The notes beneath the pieces are model-generated. The model did not search any database, had not been told where the DNA came from, and was given only the letters and a program-made list of their open reading frames with translations. DNA of 63,702 nt, the filler included, from Anaerolineae bacterium (GTDB lineage: Bacteria; Chloroflexota; Anaerolineae; B4-G1; DUEL01), in the NCBI GenBank assembly GCA_041082215.1. It is 6 parts of 6 records of this genome, joined end to end, with 100 filler letters (N's around TTAATTAATTAA, not from the genome) between each part and the next. Parts side by side here need not be neighbours in the genome. Positions count along the whole stretch, not along the records: positions 41,659 to 61,389 come from JBDOIF010000031.1; positions 61,490 to 62,530 come from JBDOIF010000153.1; positions 62,631 to 63,702 come from JBDOIF010000026.1; 3 more parts are not named here. One strand, given 5' to 3'. Shown piece after piece: positions 60,948 through 63,702 of the stretch (positions are counted from its first letter, which is position 1; each line of letters opens with the position of its first letter). Made by a program: the position numbers and the translations under genes.

Positions 60948-61130
60948 TCATACGGCAAGCCCAGCCAGAGCCACCAGCGCGACCAGGATGCAGAGGAAGA
61001 GGCAGGCCACCACAGCAACTGCTGGGACATAGGAAGGCTCTTCCCTGGAGGCCGCCGTGCGAGCCAGAGCCAGGCAGAAAAGCACTGCAGCTATGCCGAT
61101 CCCCATTGTGAAGGCACAAATTGCGGCCAT
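60948..61130 (-). CDS. Possible small 2-TM protein
   Basis: 60-aa ORF with two hydrophobic stretches and a purine-rich RBS. Confidence 0.4.
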   Translation of the reverse strand: MAAICAFTMGIGIAAVLFCLALARTAASREEPSYVPAVAVVACLFLCILVALVALAGLAV

Positions 61131-61191
61131 TTTCGCCCTCCTTTCTCTGCTGGCCCGTGTCCCTGCCTCCCGGTCCGCCCCCGCTCAGAGG

Positions 61192-61389
61192 CTATATCGG
61201 CTCGCAGACGAGGGCAGGCACACAGGCCTCGACAGCCTGCACACTCAGTATCCGCTCCACGGCAATGGTGTGCCGACACCACCCACCGTAAGGAATTTCG
61301 CAATTTTTCCAGTACGTGTGGCAGTCACACACCCACCCACATCCATCGGCCAGCTCCAGAAAATGCCAGGAATGGTGCCCCTCCAGAGC
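61192..61389 (-). CDS. SWIM zinc-finger protein, 3' part (cut by gap)
   Basis: My translation: ...GWVCDCHTYWKNCEIPYGGWCRHTIAVERIL...* (CxC...CxH); not in the ORF track. Confidence 0.7.
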   Translation of the reverse strand, partial: ALEGHHSWHFLELADGCGWVCDCHTYWKNCEIPYGGWCRHTIAVERILSVQAVEACVPALVCEPI

Positions 61390-61489
61390 NNNNNNNNNNN
61401 NNNNNNNNNNNNNNNNNNNNNNNNNNNNNNNNNTTAATTAATTAANNNNNNNNNNNNNNNNNNNNNNNNNNNNNNNNNNNNNNNNNNNN

Positions 61490-62530
61490 TCGGATTTCCC
61501 TCCCCAGCGACGTCCGAAAGGTGGGCGCAATCACCTGCAAGCGTTCGGGATGGAATCGCCAGACGGTCAGGACGTGATCACCATCGTGATCGGCAACCCA
61601 TGCGCCAAAGATCGTAAAATTGGGCGACCAGCCAATGGCAGGCGCGAGGTGGGGAACGACCCGCATCCCCTGCGTCACCCAACGATGATTTTCCATTTCC
61701 CGGCGCTCTGGCGTCCACCAAGCAGCCGGATACATCCGCGCGCCCCGCTCACCGGGGATCAGGATCGATACGGGCAGCTCCAAAAAATAAGCGGCAGCCC
61801 CTGTCTGGACCGTATAGCTTGCTTTCCGCGGCGACTCCCGTATGGGGGTGTCTGGCGTATCTTCACCGGAGCTGAGCGTAATCGTGAAATAGTGGTTCGT
61901 CCGTTCATCCCACTCGCCGAGATGGTACCCCAACGCCTCCATACGCTCACGGATGTGGGCGGGGATGGGAAACGGAGCGATGGCGTAGTGACTCTCGGGG
62001 AGGATCGTTGCCCCTTCGTGAAGGGCGTCATAGAGCGGCCCGTAGACCCATGCCACCCGCTCAAATGGCACGTGGGGGCGGAGCAGGCCGCCCGGGATAC
62101 CCCCATCAGCCAGATCCCATCACTGGCTAGGCCGGGATGGTGCGGAATATCAGGCCGATGCAGCCGGCTAACGGGCAACGGCGACGCGATGATAGGGGAT
62201 TCGAGATGCCATCCGGGGGATTTCCAAGCGCTGGTGGGATATGAACTAAACGTGCGAGACCACGGGTCATCGAACGACCAGCGACTTGGTTGCTGGGCGT
62301 CCCAGAATCGAGTGGCCGCTGGGTCATTGAGATCCACTCCCCAGATCGGGTCATCGAACGTTTCGCCCTCCGCGCCATTGTAGAGGAGGACGACGTAGAC
62401 ACGCCCATCGACCAGATGGGTCGCCACGGCGGGCGGCCCCGATTGTCCCTGACCAACCGGCAACCACTCGAGGGCCGAGCAGGTTGACTCTTGGGCTGGG
62501 ACAGGCACCGCCGTGTTTAGGGCGAACAGG
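61490..62530 (-). pseudogene. Unidentified coding fragment, apparently frameshifted
   Basis: Two overlapping minus-strand ORFs (62508-61759 and 62071-gap) together span the contig; switch near ~62120. Confidence 0.35.
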
Positions 62531-62667
62531 NNNNNNNNNNNNNNNNNNNNNNNNNNNNNNNNNNNNNNNNNNNNTTAATTAATTAANNNNNNNNNNNNNN
62601 NNNNNNNNNNNNNNNNNNNNNNNNNNNNNNTGTTCCCGTTCCCCAATGGGACATATCTTTCCCCAGG

Positions 62668-63702
62668 AGGTGCATTTCAGTTCTATGGCGGGGCATAGAT
62701 TTCTGACCAGATTTGGTCGAAGCGCTGGCTCATCACGGCAGCCCGAACCGGCAGAAGACGCTCTGCGCCGATACGGCTCCAGCGCATCCCCGGGCCGGCA
62801 AAGCGTGCTTTGAATTGTTTGACGCCACTCTCCACCACGCCACTGCCAATGACCCATCCCTCCTCCCGCATCTCCATAATAGTTCATCCGCCGCGCGTTG
62901 TTACGGAAATAACCGGCCTCCCGGCGCAGTTCCTCCGCCTGTTGCGTTCTCCTCTCTGCTTCCCCTTCTAACTCCTGAGCAATCCGAGTGGCATGCCCCT
63001 GATACAGCGTGGTCTCCCGCTGCTGCAGCCAGCGCCGGGCTTCCTCTGTCCCTTCCCCCTTCAAGAGGCCGGCCGCACAGGCCAGGTGCTCCCGGGCGTG
63101 ATCCCAGTCCACTACCTGGCGACTGTCGTAGAAGTGATCCGCCGCCAGATTCCAAATCCAGGCCGCTCCGTCCCCTAATACCTCGGTCTCCAAACTCTCT
63201 TCCCAACCGCGCCGGCCGGCTTCGGCCCACAACCGCTCCCCAAACTCCTCCGGCCCTCCAAGATAGGCCACATAACTCTGCTGCACCGCACGGCCCACTT
63301 CAACCCGCTCCCCGGTTGCTCTATCCACCACCTGCCGCCGCCCCACCTCAAAGACGGTCCCCACCTTCACTTCCTTCCACCCCTCCCCACGAATATGGAT
63401 CATCCCCCCATCCATCGCCACCCCCATCCGTTTCCCCTTCCCCGGCCCACGTCGCTCAGACACCCCCTCCTCAGATGGAAGAGCATTCGCAGCCCGCCAC
63501 TCCGCCTCTTCCCACTGCCGAAATTGCTCCCCTCGCTCCTGCGCCAGACGCCAGGCGGTAGAATCTGAAATGGGAATCTGCCCGACCCTTTCCAACGTCT
63601 CCGCCACCTGCTCATAAGGCATCAGCGCACTCAACCAAACCACTTCCTTCACCACCCCCTCACTCCAGTGTTGATCCCTCAACCCCAGTTGCCGGTCCAG
63701 CG
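62668..63702 (-). mobile_element. ISKra4/UPF0236-type (Mutator-like DDE) insertion sequence, 3' part, frameshifted
   Basis: MDGG, WKEVKVG, LGDGAAWIW, DWDHAREHL, YFRNN..RMNY, then IGSGVVESGVKQ..RF..PGMRW in another frame; stop at 62683-62685; terminal AACTGAAATGCACCT ending at 62668. Confidence 0.9.

Overview
High-GC bacterial sequence, very probably Chloroflexota (Anaerolineae-like), judged from the C-terminal 'IYLPLILR' surface-protein motif, the long SecA with insertions and the gene mix. It consists of six contig pieces joined by artificial 100-nt N/TTAATTAATTAA linkers (5899-5998, 25113-25212, 41559-41658, 61390-61489, 62531-62630), so adjacency across those gaps is not evidence. Most of the window is housekeeping or envelope: trmI, a UDP-glucuronate decarboxylase/O-antigen ligase/GtrA/GT4 cluster, a PBP, histidine kinases, a MacAB-like exporter, a 1536-aa DUF11 surface protein, pyrE-pyrD-pyrK, lepA, tlyA, recF, a TreT plus alpha-glucoside ABC locus, secA, argS, dcd, two tandem glmS genes, cmk and a pseudouridine synthase. 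The less ordinary signals are: (1) a 192-bp MITE family (4 copies, 9-bp target duplications) whose end matches the terminus of the ISKra4-type transposase at the window end, with two copies sitting exactly 16 bp upstream of a -35 box; (2) the trailer end of a CRISPR array next to a 3'-half tRNA-Gln (att-like) with an outward promoter; (3) a tightly coupled wHTH/KaiC-ATPase/two membrane proteins/adenosine deaminase operon; (4) a second PyrK/PyrD-like pair that has lost catalytic motifs; (5) a sphingosine-1-phosphate-lyase-like gene inside the pyr operon; (6) 7-8-nt tandem repeats at stop codons and inserted in frame inside genes; (7) frameshifted hicA and transposase. All product calls come from motif recognition by eye; no database search was run.
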